Source: Thalia democratica (taxonomy: Eukaryota). From it: a DNA stretch of 64,000 nt. Below the pieces are notes generated by a model, which did not search any database, was not told where the DNA came from, and saw only the letters and a list, made by a program, of their open reading frames with translations. The first letter of the stretch is position 1; every line of letters starts with the position of its first letter. Positions 13,062-28,000 of the stretch are shown one piece after another. The stretch lies in contig OZ241828.1 of the NCBI GenBank assembly GCA_965202585.1, forward strand, positions 34,224,001 to 34,288,000. Reading direction: 5' to 3'. Made by a program: the position numbers and the translations under genes.

Positions 13062-16000
13062 GTAAGTTTCGTGCTTTTTTGTTATTCTTTTAAATAACTT
13101 ATTTTCTGCTTAGTTTTGTATGTTTCTAACTGTTTTTATAATTTCAAAAGATTATAATTTAGTTTATTTTATGGTTTAAAAGTATTGTTTACTAATAAAT
13201 AAACAGCCAACAGGTCATAAAAAAATCTAGTATATATAAAAACTTAATCTATATTATCTCCTAGTTTGTGTAAATTTCACTGAAACTAACTCTTTATTAC
13301 AAATAGTAAGACAAAATATCAAAAGCTTAGTCATAATAAAGAGTTTTAGTAGTAATATTTTTTCTCCAATAAAACCAACTTTTAATCAATAACAAAGTTT
13401 TGATAAATTATCATTTTTTATTGGGTTTTAAATCAAAAACTATTAACATATTTTTAAACATAATTTTTGGAAAATTAAGTAAAAGAAAAACAGATCTAAA
13501 AAAAATATAATAAAAATATTAAATTAGTTTTTAAAATATGATTTAGAATTTTTTACTTTGGATTTTTCGTTTAAATATAGTATTAATTATCAAGTACATT
13601 TTTGAAAACAATTGCTTAATGTACAAAATTTTTACTCATTTAGGGAACAAATCTTACTAGTAATTTATTTCATCCAACACAATATCACAATATATAAAAT
13701 TAATCATTGTTGGTTTTCACTTTGAATTTCTAATTAAAAAAAACTAAGTTTAAATTATATAAATGATTATACAAAAACAATACAAGAAATTTGCACGAAT
13801 TGAGAAAGCTATTTGTAGCTATTAGCAACCCGTGACCAACAGAGCATGTCTGATTTAGAAGCTTCAAACAATTCTGTTCAGTGATGCAAAAACGAAAGCA
13901 TCAGAAGTGAATGCAGCCAATTAGCATGACAAAATCTTGCCGACTCAATTAAGATCCATGATTTCTCTTGGGAGCGTAACAAGCTTTCTCGTTTCTTTTG
14001 AACTCAAAGTTGATTTTGCTATTTATTTTTAATAGTGAATTCATAACAAAAGGAAAATAAAAGGCAACAACTGAACATTCAAAAACTATCTAGTTTAATA
14101 TGAAAAACATTTTTTATAAAGTCTGTTAACGTTTAATTTTTATACTAGTGTCTGATTACTACAATATATACAGATACTTCTATTTTTTTAAATTGAAAAT
14201 AATAACTTGGATTAGCTGACACAAAAATAAAAAAGTATTGCTTGAAGTAAAACTTGTGAAATTATAAAAAAAATGTTTATTTTAATTTAAAAACAAATTA
14301 AAATCAGTTATAACTTTTTAATTTTGAAAAAACGCTTTTATTCAGATTGATGAATAATTTATTAAGCGAAAAAAATTGATTATTAAAAGCTACCGGCTGC
14401 TACATTCAGAACTTTAATGTTTTATTGGCGCCCTTATCAAACTTTATTTACATTATTTTGATTTAATTATAATTTAACTCACCGTGGCAATTTGTTTTAT
14501 TAATGCTATAATATCAACCCTTCAAATTATATAACAATATTTATGTTTTTATGAACCATGCGAGCTTTAATAAGTTGATTACTCAAGTTTGTAATAAAAC
14601 AGATGATCATAATAATTTTTCAAAATATTTAAGATCGTTTAATATATAAAAAGGATAGTTTTTGTAGTAGTTTTTTTATTCTTCGGATTGAAAGTGTCAT
14701 TTAACATACATTATAAACTGTCAAAAGAAAAATTTGTTTATACTATGCATATCTGGCATTAAACAAAATACAGTATTAACTAAGATCATAACCAAATGCA
14801 ATTATTCAAACTAAAATTTCAGAAAAAATTAGCAAAAGCTATACAGTAATTTTACTTTATATGCCTAAGTAGTAATACCTATATTTAAAGTCTTAACTTC
14901 ATTGAATTTTAATAAAAATATTGTAAACAAAAAAGTATATTGCTCATACATAAAATGATTATATGTTTTCAATTTAAGTACATTATAGTTGTTCATTTTA
15001 ATTAGATAACTTTATTGTAATAAAATGAGTAAAAATAAATACTTTATTGTGAGTAGAGAGCTTTTTAAAATTTGAAACTTGTATATATTCTCAGCAAAAA
15101 AGATGAAATTTTTTTAAAGTTTTAAAGTTTTTGGATAGAAATTCACACGGTATAACGGAAACTTGTCATAAAAAAGATTTTTTTATAGCCTTTAATTTGT
15201 AGTTTACCTTTGGCTTTCTACAATTGGAATTTGACAGTTTTAATGACCGTGTGGTGTATATACTTTTTTTATAGAAAAATAAATACATAAGACAGAAAAT
15301 AACTCTATTTAAAATTCAGCAAACATATAAAATGTAAAATTTTATCTTAAAATAACTTAAACGTGTTGATTTCAAATGTAACTTAACTTTCAAAGAAAAA
15401 TTCTTTGTATGCAAATTCACTCAGTTTAAGTCAAACGAAACATACTTCAAATGTTTAATAAAATTTGATCCTTGTGTTGAAACGCATCAATAAAAGTTTG
15501 TTGTTTGAATTCAAACTAGGTAGCAATACGTAATTCCATAAAGGATTCATATGTTTTATTTGTTTTACACAATTAAAATTTTGTATTAAAATATATGAAA
15601 AATTGGTTGTTTTACTAAACTTATTTATTATTCTTGATCATTTTCATTATCTACTGATGTTTGAACAATTTCTTTTTTAAACTTTAAATCCACGAGAATC
15701 AAAGAAAATATTTATAAATTATGACAAGAATGTTTAAAATAAATACTAAATAAGGATTAAATACATTGAGATGATTTTTGTAACCTGTTAATAAATTTAA
15801 AACATTTTAAAGATAATTTACAAAAAATATCTATGTTATTAAAAGTTTGTTTATTAAAAAAAGCTTTTTGTTGTTTTAATATCATGGTAGTTTATTTAAT
15901 TTCAAAAAAAAACAAATATAATTCAAATGAACATTTAAAACTTTAGTTTATTTTTTACTGTAAAAGGTAGTACAACTATTTATATAATACCGTATATAAC

Positions 16001-19000
16001 TTACAGAACACCTAAAGATAAAAATTAAAAAAGATTTATCAAAATGCAGTGCTGAAAGTTTTTAAGAATCAGTGATTGATGTGTTTGTTTAAAATACAAA
16101 CATAAAAACATACTCCTTGTTTATTTTCTCTAAGTTCAGTTAGTTAAACCACCCAAAAAACTTTCTGGCAATTAGTTTAATTTGCATAAACTTATTTACT
16201 AAAGATGTGCTTATTCTGTTATTTTACACAGTAAGTTGTAGAACAGTTTGTCTTATTTTAAATAGAGCAATTTACTTTGGTTTAACAGTAACTAATTACC
16301 TTAAATTTAGGATATAATATTTGGCAGTTAAGATGTTTTTGTTCATATAAGTTAAAACAAAATTTTGTTTCAAAACTAAATGTGTTAAAAAGCAATTATG
16401 TTTTTTTAAGCAAATATTCAATAAGCACAAATAAACACAAGATCATTGAAATTATTTTCATAACTGTCACATGTATAAAATTTTAGATTTATAAAGGTTT
16501 AAAAGGTTTATTTAAAATATTATTATTTTGAAGAGATATTAGATGAAGTATATAAGCTAATAAATACCTAGTTGTAAAGAATTTTTTTTGTAATACTTAC
16601 TTTACCCAATAGAGTTTTTTCAAACTTAAAAAACTAAAGGTAAGAGTATAACAATAAATATTTTGCTTTAATTAAAAAGAACGATAGTTCTTTGTTTGAG
16701 AAAAGCTCAACGTTCACGTTAGTATTTGAAAGGTGATATTTTGTGAAACAAAATACAAGTTCCCTCAAGAAAGTAAAAAAAAATCATGAGACGTAAAAGT
16801 TCAATTTTTATCAGACGACAAAGGCAAACAAGTTACAATAAATTTTAAGTCACTTCTCCACAACTAATAGCCCCTTTGCAAAGCATCGGTAAATCACCAC
16901 ATAGATCAAAGCAACATAGTAATATGCAAAAACTATTTGTATTAGAAACTCTTTTAACCTTTAAAATTTCACTGTAATAATTACAACTCTTGATGTATCA
17001 TTTAAAGTTGCTTTTGAAAATTTTTTTCCTGTTATACATTTGTTAAACTGTTTCTGACTAAGATAAAAACGAAAAAACTAAAAATAATAATATAAACTAA
17101 CAACTTTTGGCATTTAAAGATTGTGAAGAATGTAAGAAAACAACGGATAACAGAAAAATAGCTCCTGCATTTTTAGAAGAACCTCAAGGAGTTTATTACA
17201 AATCTTCAGCAGCAGTTAAACTTACTTGTCAAGCCAGAGGTGTCCCATTACCCGAACTTTCCTGGCTTAAAAATGGAAGAAAACCCGACAATTGTTAGTA
17301 TTTTAACTTTTTAAGTACTCTTTTAGATATAAGTAATTCACTTTCTCAATAATTACAGTTTGTAAAATTAAATATTTATTTGTAGTAATTAAAACGTCGA
17401 CTATAACTCAATCATTAATTTATTTATAGAAGTATTTTTTTCTTGTGTTACTTCAAACTAATTTCAATTTTTTTTCAAACAGTCAGAAGCATTACACCTT
17501 CGTTCAAGTGTGAAGATGGAGTTGTAAGTTTTATTATAAATATTAAGTAATAAAAAGTTATTTACTAACAAATAATCACTCAGGCAAAATCAACGTTGGA
17601 CTTCAGTAATTTGTGGAATGAAGGCATCTCAAATGTTGGTGAATGGACTTGTGTGGCGAATAATAAATATGGATATATAAAAAGCAAACCTGCTAACGTC
17701 TACATATCATGTTAGTTGTTTAAACCCACATTATTTAATAAAATAAATAAAGTTGTGTTAAGTTTTAGAAAACTTACCTAGATTTATTTTAAAATTGAAA
17801 GTTATTTCAAAATGATCTTCAACAACTTCTAGGTATTTTCTAGTTATGATTTTTTTTATTTTAATAAGTTCATATCAATCATTTAAACCCACATTAGAAT
17901 CTTTAAAATCTACGTTATATTCTAAAAGCTTGCACATATTTAACAACATAAAAACTTTGAATTTAAATTTAATTGTTAAAATACACAAAACTTTTGTATT
18001 AGTTTTATAAAGCATAGTCATATAAATCATTATGAAAGTCAGACAAAATTAACAAAACTCATTTCATAAACTATTAAACTCTTCAATATTTACTTTAGGG
18101 CCAAAAAAGTAAATGTCATTTAGTTTCATAACAACACAAGTTTTACCACCATTATTTTTATACTCTTTCTTAATGCTTGTAAAATTGTAAAATTTTATTT
18201 AATGACCACTCTAACTGTTTTTCCTTGTTAAGACGGTATTTAAAACACTTTGTTTTAATTTTCTTGTGATTGCGTGTCGTCTTCTAAAAACAAACTTTTG
18301 TTCAGTAAGTAAGACTTTTATCAAATAAATTGATTTTTGTTCTTATTCAAACTGCCGTTACGCTCGGTTAATTTTTGATGAACAAATTTATTTGTAAGCT
18401 CTTCCAATCGTAGTATTTGATTAAAACTGTCAGCCGTTGTAGTAATTTCTGTTTTCGTTCAATTCATATAACTTCCCTTATATTTTTCAAATTTATTCAT
18501 AACAACATAGTTTTTACATTAAGATAGTCTAGTTATGCTCACATTTCTTATCAGGTTTTTCTTAATAAGTAAACGATGTTTTTGGTCGTTGTTTAAAAGA
18601 AAAAAATTATAGCTTAACTAACTGTATTTCTTTATTTAAAATCAGATTTTGATTTAAAAGATTTTAAAATAAGATATGTAACAACGATCTCAAGTAAAAA
18701 TCTAATTCTCAACTTTATTTTATGGTGATAAAAAATCAAATTAACTGTTAAAATTTTAACACACTTCGCACATAACACCAAACAAACGTTTTACAAAACA
18801 TTTTATAATAGATCCTCAACTAATCTTATCATCATAACACTTGAACAAAAAATTGTTTGATAACTAAAATCATGCAAATAGTTTTAATACAATTTCTAAG
18901 ATGCAATTAAAGATTTATGGGTGTTTTTATTTACTGTTCGATCTTTAATACCAAATATTTTTGTTTTTTATTGATTATTTTCTTTGAAAATTTTTAGCAG

Positions 19001-22000
19001 CAGTAATCTGCAAATTTTATAGCTTATACTTCTTATTTAAAATATTAGCTTAAGCGAACCGTGTACTTTTATTTAACTTATTTTGTTTCAGCATTTAAAC
19101 AACAAGCACGTTTGTACAAATACTCAAACATTATACATAAATTTACTCAAAGTGTTCAACTACAAAGATAGTGTAAAATACGATCATTTTTGTAAAAAAT
19201 ACTTAGTTAATTTCTTAAATTATTTAAGAACATAAATACTTTGATTCAAAATACAAATTCTGAACAATGTTAAGCTGTTTTGTTTGAGAATTCCTTCAAA
19301 AAAATTTAAAGTTTTTGTTAAGCTTAAAAACATAAGTATTTCAGTCTTGCCAAAATAACAAGAATTAAAAATTTAAAGATCTCACGATAAGCCTGTAACT
19401 TTTAACGAGTACAATATCAATTCCCACGATTTCGCACTGTGAATATTTATAACATGTAAACAGACAATGTAAAAATTTTTAGTATATGCCAAAATATTAT
19501 ATTCTCAATAACAAACAAAGTTTTTATTTTGTTTATAAAAATATATAAATACTCTTATGTTTTATGAGTATAAACAAAATTAAATGCATCAATGAACAAT
19601 AAACATTTATATTTAAACCAACTTTTAAATACTTTAAAATGTTTATACTTTTAAATCACTGTATTACGTGTATAAGGCAAATTTCAAATGTATAGTTTTT
19701 GATAAATACTCTTATTTATATAGTTATATTCCTAACTTATTTTTAGAATAAACAATAAGCAAATTTAAAGTAAGTTATTGTTACTTTAAGTACTTTTAAA
19801 GTTATTTTATTCATAGTAAACTTTTGCTAACTTGACATAGCAGTAACGTTTTATTTATCTAAACAGTTTGTTTAAATTATAAATAATTTTGAATCTTTAT
19901 TTTTGCAGCTGTTGTTAACTAGTAATTGACAAACGCTTAACAAATTCACTACTATTTTGCTGTTACTTATTATAAATTGAATATTTTCTGACAAAAACAG
20001 TTTCACATTAGCTTTTTTTCTTGAAAATGTTATTTTTGGTCTTTTTTAGGGTATTTTAATTTTAATCCAACTTTTTTATAACAAAGACATGCCCCGAGAT
20101 ATAATCTTCTTAAAAACACATTGAAATCTTCCAAATATTTTTAGCTAAAACTAAATTTGTTAGTATTTTCATATTTTAACAAATAAAATGTTGAATAAAA
20201 TAATAGAAATTGAATAGTAAAGGTTGTAACTTCTAAACTCCAGTCAAATTTTGTTTAAAATTTAAGTAAAAGTAAGTCAGTTTTTTTAGAAGTAGGTTAT
20301 GGTTTTTAGTTGTTAGAATTATATAATAGGTAATTAAAGAAAGTTTAAACGTTAATAAAATACAATGTATTTTTTTTGTATCAAAATATACAATTAATAG
20401 TCATTTAAAATAAAACTTTAATAGAACTTCTGTCTGTATTTTATGTATAATAATTTTAAATTTATTCTTTTCTAGTGATATAATTCACTTATCAAAATTG
20501 ATTAAACAAAAAGATAAAACAAATTTTGTTGTATAAAACACAATACTTTTTATATACAACTTTGTTGTTTACAAATTTTTTTATTTACATATGAAAAGGT
20601 TTATAAGTAAGTTTTTTATAATACATTTTTGTGGTAATAAATAAATTATGAATTGAATAACTGATATAACGTAAACAATGTTAAACGTAAAAAGGTGAAA
20701 AGTAAACCTTGTGATTTAAACTTAATTAGTTTGATTTAAGTTAGGTCAAATTAAGGTTGTGGTAATTGTTTATTACAAGAAAATATTGTGACCTTTATTA
20801 TAATTAACATATTATTAGTATTTTATGTGATATTTTTATATTTTTTTGTATTTAAACTTAGATTTTACTTTAATACTTAAGACCTAAAAGTAATCAATAA
20901 TAAAGTTGTTTACCCTTAAATAATCTTCAAAGTAAGAATAGTTGGTACAAAAACATTTTATCCAAACGATAACAAATTAAAGTTTCGAAAAAAATTAAAC
21001 TTTTGTAGTATTTAAGCTTGAATCTTATTTTTATATGTCTGAATAAACTAATGAAGCATAAATTTATAATTTACTATTTATCATAAAGTAACCGTAGTAG
21101 TGTATCCGGCGAAGTAATTAATTAGCAAACTTCTCATCCCTAATATACTGAAATTTTATAAATTATCCCAAGGATATGAGTAAAGTAATAACTTTTACCA
21201 GTTTTAAATAATTTTCGACTTTTTAACATTTTATTTGATGAAAATTTTTGTTACTGTTTGAAAACTCCCTTCTTCTCAACGGGACATATTATTACGTCAT
21301 AATCCTTTTTAAATATAATAAAGAATTTAAACGTTTAACTTTTCTTTTAATTTTTAGGAGCATTTTTAACAAACTTTCAATTATTTTTTAGAGTTTTTAA
21401 TTTAAATTTTTATTTAGCGCGACTGATATTCATAATTCTAGATTAATCTTTAATTGTCATACATTTGTAAATATGCTTAGTTAATAACAAAATTGTAAGA
21501 AGCGCATTTCAAAATAAAGTTTTAATCCAGATTTTAAACAATGTTAGATGAATCACTACTTACTAACAAATCTAGAATTTAATTTAAGCTAATTATGTGT
21601 AATTTACAGTTGATCTGTTAAATTTTACTAGGGTGCACGTGTTAGTTAACAGCTGATATTTGTAAAAATAAATAAGCAATTCAATTTATCTGTCGCTTGA
21701 CTAATGGTTAAGGTATTTCCCATATCGATAATTTTATACTAAAAAAGTTAAGCGAGTGAAAAGTTAAATCTTGTTTAAGTAGTTTCAAGTGTAAGTTAAT
21801 TTGTATAAATTAATCAACACTTAATAGAATTACATTATTAAATAAAAACTTCTTGAACTATTTAATGCTGTTCAAGGTAAAAAAATTATCGTTTTTACAA
21901 CCAATAAGAAAAAAAAGCTTAATGCAAAGTTGTGTAGAAAAAAAAGTTTTTGGTGTTTTCAACCGTTTGAAGTCAGTTTGGCAGGTAGCTTAGATTTTAT

Positions 22001-25000
22001 CGAGAAAATAAACATCCAATGAACAATTTGGTCGCCTAACAATAATAACGACTGACGTTATCACAGTTTGAATCACAAATTTCTATTGAGTAATAACAAG
22101 TTTGGAAGTTTGCTCGATTCTTATGAGATTTTGTTTTCAGTACGCCGAACACATTAGCTAACAAGCGTAAAATAAAGAAAAATATCTAAACTAAGAAAAC
22201 AGAATTTAATATTTATGCTGTTTTTAAAGCTTTTTATAATGTTTTTTTTTACTACTTGATGCACACTAGTTTAAGCATTTCATACTGATATTTAGATATC
22301 TGTTTTGTTTGGAGACTATTGTTAGCTCATGTTCGTTAAATGAAATTGTATGAATTTCACAATTATTTTTATACTTTATTGACAACTTGTTGGAAAACAA
22401 TAAAGTTTATTTGTCAGCTTTTATTAGTTTTCTCGTCAGTATGTTATTCACTACCTAATATATTGTAATAAAAACAACTTAAAGTGTTTTTTTCAGGTTT
22501 GTTTCCAAAGTTACATTATCTTTAATTAAATATCTTTAAATAGTTGTATGTTGATGAAAAAGTCTCGTTTTAGAAATCTGTTTTCTCGTTAATTTGCAAT
22601 TTGATACACCAAAAAACATTTAAAATGTTATTTTTTGCTGTTTTTATTAAGTTTAAATGTTGTAACAATAAGCTAGTAAAATGAAAACAAAATTTAAGCT
22701 AGCATATTTTATAGTTATATTGTTGACACCACACTTTCTTATATCACTAAATATTATAAGTTATCTATCAACTGGTAAAAAAGTTAGGTTCAATAACTTG
22801 GAACTTTTTCTAATGGAAAATATTATACTTAAAATTTAAACAACAAATATAAGCTAAGAGGGCTACAAAACACAAACAGGTCAATTTGCTTTTGTAACTT
22901 ATACGACATATTTTTCTTAAGTACCACTTGATTACAATACTTTTACTTATTTGTTTTTTTGTTTATCATTTATCTATTTTTTAAACTTGATATTCTGTTA
23001 AAATATCTTATAATAATCTCAAGGAAATCTTTAAACTTATCTTTTCCAACTTTATTATATAAATTAAGCAAAATTCCAAATATGTTTAAGGCTTAACGTT
23101 GCTTTTAACGATTAAGTTTTTAGATTTTTTCAAATCTTAATTGCATAAATATTCGTCTACTTTTATAACTTGATTATAAATCATTTTTTTATTTAACTAC
23201 TATTTCTTTATAATTTGTGGTTTAATACTAAATAAACTAATTAAACACTGTAATTTGTTGATATAAAAAGTAAGTTTTATAAAAAATAGTCTTAAGATAT
23301 AAACTAGATTAAATGGTAGTGATATTTTAATAAACATTCGTAGATAATAAGATTTATCAAATTACTATCTAATTATAACAAGGTTACCATAATAATGATA
23401 AACTGTATATTTCGATTACTTCATTGATTAATATAAAGATTACAATATATGCCGTTTAGAATTTATTAAGAAATATGTTTGAAATATTTGTAAGTTTTAC
23501 AAAGTATCTAGTTTAACCTTTTAAATTTACGTATCGGCTTCAGTGCTTTTAAGTCACCTTTAAAGTAGTTTCGATTTCAAAATAATGAAAATTTAATGAC
23601 ACTTTTTATCGCTTGCACTTTTACTGACCAAATGAAAATGCTTCAACTCAAATGTAAAAAAACAATAAAAATGTGGACTTAAAATCAGAAACATTAGAAG
23701 TTTACTGAAGCTTTAATTAAGTCGAACCATATTAAAAATCCAATTCATGTATCAATGTTATTTCGGTCAAAAAACTTAAACTAAGTATAAATCACAGCAC
23801 TTTTTTTTTCAAATTTTACTATTAAACAATACTTGTTGCCTAGTTTAACATTTAAGTTTAAAAATTTATAATAATGCAATGATTAATTAAAAACTAAATA
23901 TAAATTGGTAATTAATCAGTCAAACTAATTATATCTAACTAATGTTATAAGGAGAAAATTGAACACTTTTACAGATTTAGTGTTTAAAAAATATACTATC
24001 ATAACAATTAAACTGCACAGATATCGAGAATTTCGTAGTCATGCCGTTTGATGTTGCTGCTTTGAAGGGAAACTCGGCCACTATACGGTGCAAGAAACCC
24101 GATGGACAGCCGGAACCAGAAATCACGTGGTTTTATCAGAAATCAGAAGGTTCCAGGCAGGAACAAGTTCGGAATACAAGAAAAAAGGTATAAAAAATAC
24201 AAAACATTTAAATATATTATTACTTTATTCAAAAATAGACAAAAACTAATACTGAAATTGTCATAAAAAAATTTAATATATATCAAAGTAAAATATTTTA
24301 CAGTTACTCCAAAGAGACAAATCAAGTCTGATAATATCTGATGTGAAACCTGAAGATAAAGGTTTATACACTTGTGTGGCATCTAACTCAGCTGGTACCA
24401 GGAAAAGCATTGCTGCTCAACTAACTGTACAAGGTATAAAAATGAGTTTTTTTTATTTTCAGTTTGTAGATCAAAAACTTATCATAAAACAGTAATATAC
24501 GTTATAAGCATATATCACATAAATTTTCTATAGTTTTTTTTAAGTTATGTTTTAGGTATATATGATGTTTATAGCTTCTATTTTTATAACAAAAACTGCT
24601 AACAATAAGTTGTACATTTTTAGCTTTATTTGCTTGTATATAAAAATGTATTGCTTTCTTTTAATTTTCGTTATAACACTTAAAGTTTAATGATTAAAAG
24701 CACAAAACTTGTAAATAAGAATTAGTTGAAAAATGACAGTCTTTTAATGATGTTTATTGTACATTATATCATTCCAGCTTTTAAGTTTTTAACAAGAAGC
24801 AAAAACAAATTGATTACTTAAAGTGAAATGCTTCAATCAAACGCATTATTTTATGTCGTTAAATAAATTTAAAAATAATCATAACACTCATACAAAATGT
24901 TCTCAAGTAGCTACAAGCAATTAAAATTATTTGTGATTGTACATAATTCGAACTATTTAGTATCTGTGTAAAACTTTTATTATAACATGTTCTTATATAT

Positions 25001-28000
25001 CTTTAATATGTTAGAACATATTAACTATCTTCAAACTTGAATCACATGTAAATCATTTTATAAATAAATATTTAAAGAGTTTGTGTCTCTTTGCAAAAAT
25101 CATGAAAATACTTTCATTTAATTGTAGGCTTAAAAAAGGTAAACATATTTTAAAAACTTACGAAAAATTGTTATTGTGAAAATGCAATTTTAGAAAGAAT
25201 AATTGTTAAAGTTGAAATAGCAGACTTATTTTAAACAAAAGGTAAAACTAAGTAAACAATTTAATGTTCAACTCTTTTTAAAAACCATAATTACTAACTT
25301 ACATTCTTTATTTATATACTTTTAACAAATAAGCATATATAGTTAGGCTCAATGTTTTAAAAAGTGTAACAACAAATATACCTAAATGGGGTTTTTGTTA
25401 TAAAATTATTAAAATTCTAAACAATATAACTTTTACGTCACAGAAATACCACACTTCATGGAAACTCCTGATGACGTTGCAGTTTACGAAGGAGAAAAGA
25501 TTGTTGTAAAATGCGAGGCATCAGGAAACCCAAAACCATGGATTTCTTGGTTCAAGGGTTCAGAAAGACTTCAAGATAATAGCAGGTTTGTGATTTATTG
25601 TAATAAAAAAATGTCGTTTGATGTTAGAAATACACTTTATACTTTTACCATTTAATACCTTAGAAATATTATTGAAAACAAAGCTTAGTCAGGGCACAAA
25701 TATAAAATACATTCCTAATATTTATATGTATCTGTGTTTATATAATTTTACTACTTTCTAAAAATGACTTTGTTTTTGGAAAAATTGACCTTAGAAAGCA
25801 ATAAATTTACAACTAGTTTTTTGAACTTTTACTTTTTTCCCTTTCTAAAGGGCAACTACTTATGTTTATTGGCAATTAAAAACTTGTTGTTTTATTTTTA
25901 CTCTTATATCTAAGCATAGAACAACGCAAAAATCTTTATAAAGCAGTCAATATACTTTTATTCTTTTAAAAGGTACGTATCTCATAAATTTTTTATACAT
26001 ATAGTTTTATAAACAGATTCATTTTATCTGATAAATCAAAAACATCTATTTTACAGGTATGAAGTATTACAAAATCAACTAGTAATCAAAAGTGCTCGAA
26101 CAACTGACACTGGTAGTTACTCTTGTGTTGCGAAAAACAACCCTGATACTAAAAAGATAGAATTCAATATTCAAGTTGAAGGTAATTAAATCTTAAACCA
26201 TTAAATATTCTATTGAAAAGTTTAATTTCCAATATTTATCTAAGTTGTTAAGCAATTTCTTTATAACTAATTTTAATAAAATTATGACAAATTTTTCATT
26301 TGTTTATTTGTCATAGAAGCTCGATTTCATATAAAATTTAATGGCAAACTAAGCTTAAACTTTAAATATTATAACAACTTAAACAATAGAAACTTTAGAA
26401 AAAACAAAATATCGAAAAAGTATTTCTCCTATAGTTTTTTAACTAAGATTATTAAAACAAAACTGAAATTTTTATCTAGATAGTTTTATTTTACAAAATT
26501 TTAACAAGTATAAATACTGAAAAAACAGCTAACAATGTAGCTAATATTGTAAGGTCATAACTTGCTTAATCAGTTTAATTAAGTTTATTTAACATGTGAC
26601 ATATACAAACAACAACTGAAGGGTCAACCTTAAACAATTTGCTATATTATCACAAGATAAGGATGTTGAAAAATAATTTATTATAAAAAAGTCTTAAACA
26701 AGACAAATAGATATGGTAAATGTTTTCAGATCAACCTGGTGTTATATTTTCTGAATTAACAGTCAACGAAGGTAGCAATATAAAAATTGACTGTCGAATT
26801 AGCGAGTCTGGAAATTTAAAATGGAAACTTCCGAGAAGTAAACAGTTTATTAGATACTCTTGTATTTATGCTATAATCTTTACACTCATGGTATTTTTCT
26901 ACAGGGATAACCGACTTGCAAGATCCTTACAATTCAAGACTTTTGTTATCAGAAGAAGGAGACAAACTTGAAATAAGAGATGTGAATTTAATAGATGCTG
27001 GAGAGTATAGATGTTTTTTTGGTGAAAAACAACACGGAATTAACCTGCATGTTACAGGTTTAAATACATATTTATACATGTATATTAACATGATAGTAAC
27101 TTAAAACCTTGTGTGTTTTGAGTCTTAATAAAAGAGCAAACTAGTTTATAAAAATTTTAATAAAAGCAAACAGTAAAATTTGCGTTTGATATTCATGACT
27201 AAATAATGCTTACAAGCTTTAATCTAAGCTTAATCACTTTTTATTCATACTTTGTTTCCTTATAACCTAACGTAAGGTCTTGTCTACTTTTCACGGTCGT
27301 TTAAACAACTAGTACAGATTAAAAAGAACTTTTTACTCTAATTGTTAAAAAGTTTAAACATAGAATCACAATAAAAAAGTAATTACTCATTTTTTAAAAG
27401 GTTAATTTTAGAATTAATATAACTTACTTTACTTAATTTGAATCTAAAGAAATTCTTAGCTTTAACTTATAACTTGTTAACTTTTGTTCTTAAACTACCA
27501 AAACAAATCTAATAATAGAACGATTTATTTTAAATGAGTCCAAAAAAAATGTTTAATTTTAGAACAATTAATGTTTTAATAGTATTATTCATTATTAAAA
27601 ATATGTTTACCACAGCTGCATCAAGACCAGTACCTCCCATTGTGACAAGCGCTTCAGGTGATACATTTAAATTTTTGGGAGAAATGGTCACTTTTAAGTG
27701 CTCTTACATGACCAGATCGCCCGAAACAGTCAAGGTTGAGTGGTTAAGGGACGATAACCTCATGTCTGAATCTGCTTATGGGGGTCGGGTTAGTTTCCAT
27801 GACAACCCGAATGAAAAAAAAATTTGGCTAAAGATTTTTCAAACAAAGGTACGATTTTATTGATATTAGTAACTGAAACCATTTAGCCTTTACTAAACCT
27901 TTCAAACTGTCTCTTTAAATAGTAAATGGCAATTTTCTATTTATATAGTAATACTAAAATTTTAAATTGTCTAAATTGAACGCTAGTAGTGTTTTGAAAT

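Larger units (their letters stand above)
1..14492 (+). repeat. Copy 1 of a large direct segmental duplication (robo upstream region, exon 1, start of intron 1); extends beyond the left edge
   Basis: Collinear match to 46159-64000: base 1 GTAAAACTTAAAAAACTTT = 46159; 14481 ACCGTGGCAATT = window end. Confidence 0.97.

Noticed and set aside
17711-24020. Dscam-style array of alternative Ig exons or a nested gene in the 6.3-kb intron 4
   Set aside because: No duplicated Ig-like exons or convincing ORFs on either strand. A strong-looking acceptor at 22140 leads to no ATG-containing or frame-compatible exon.
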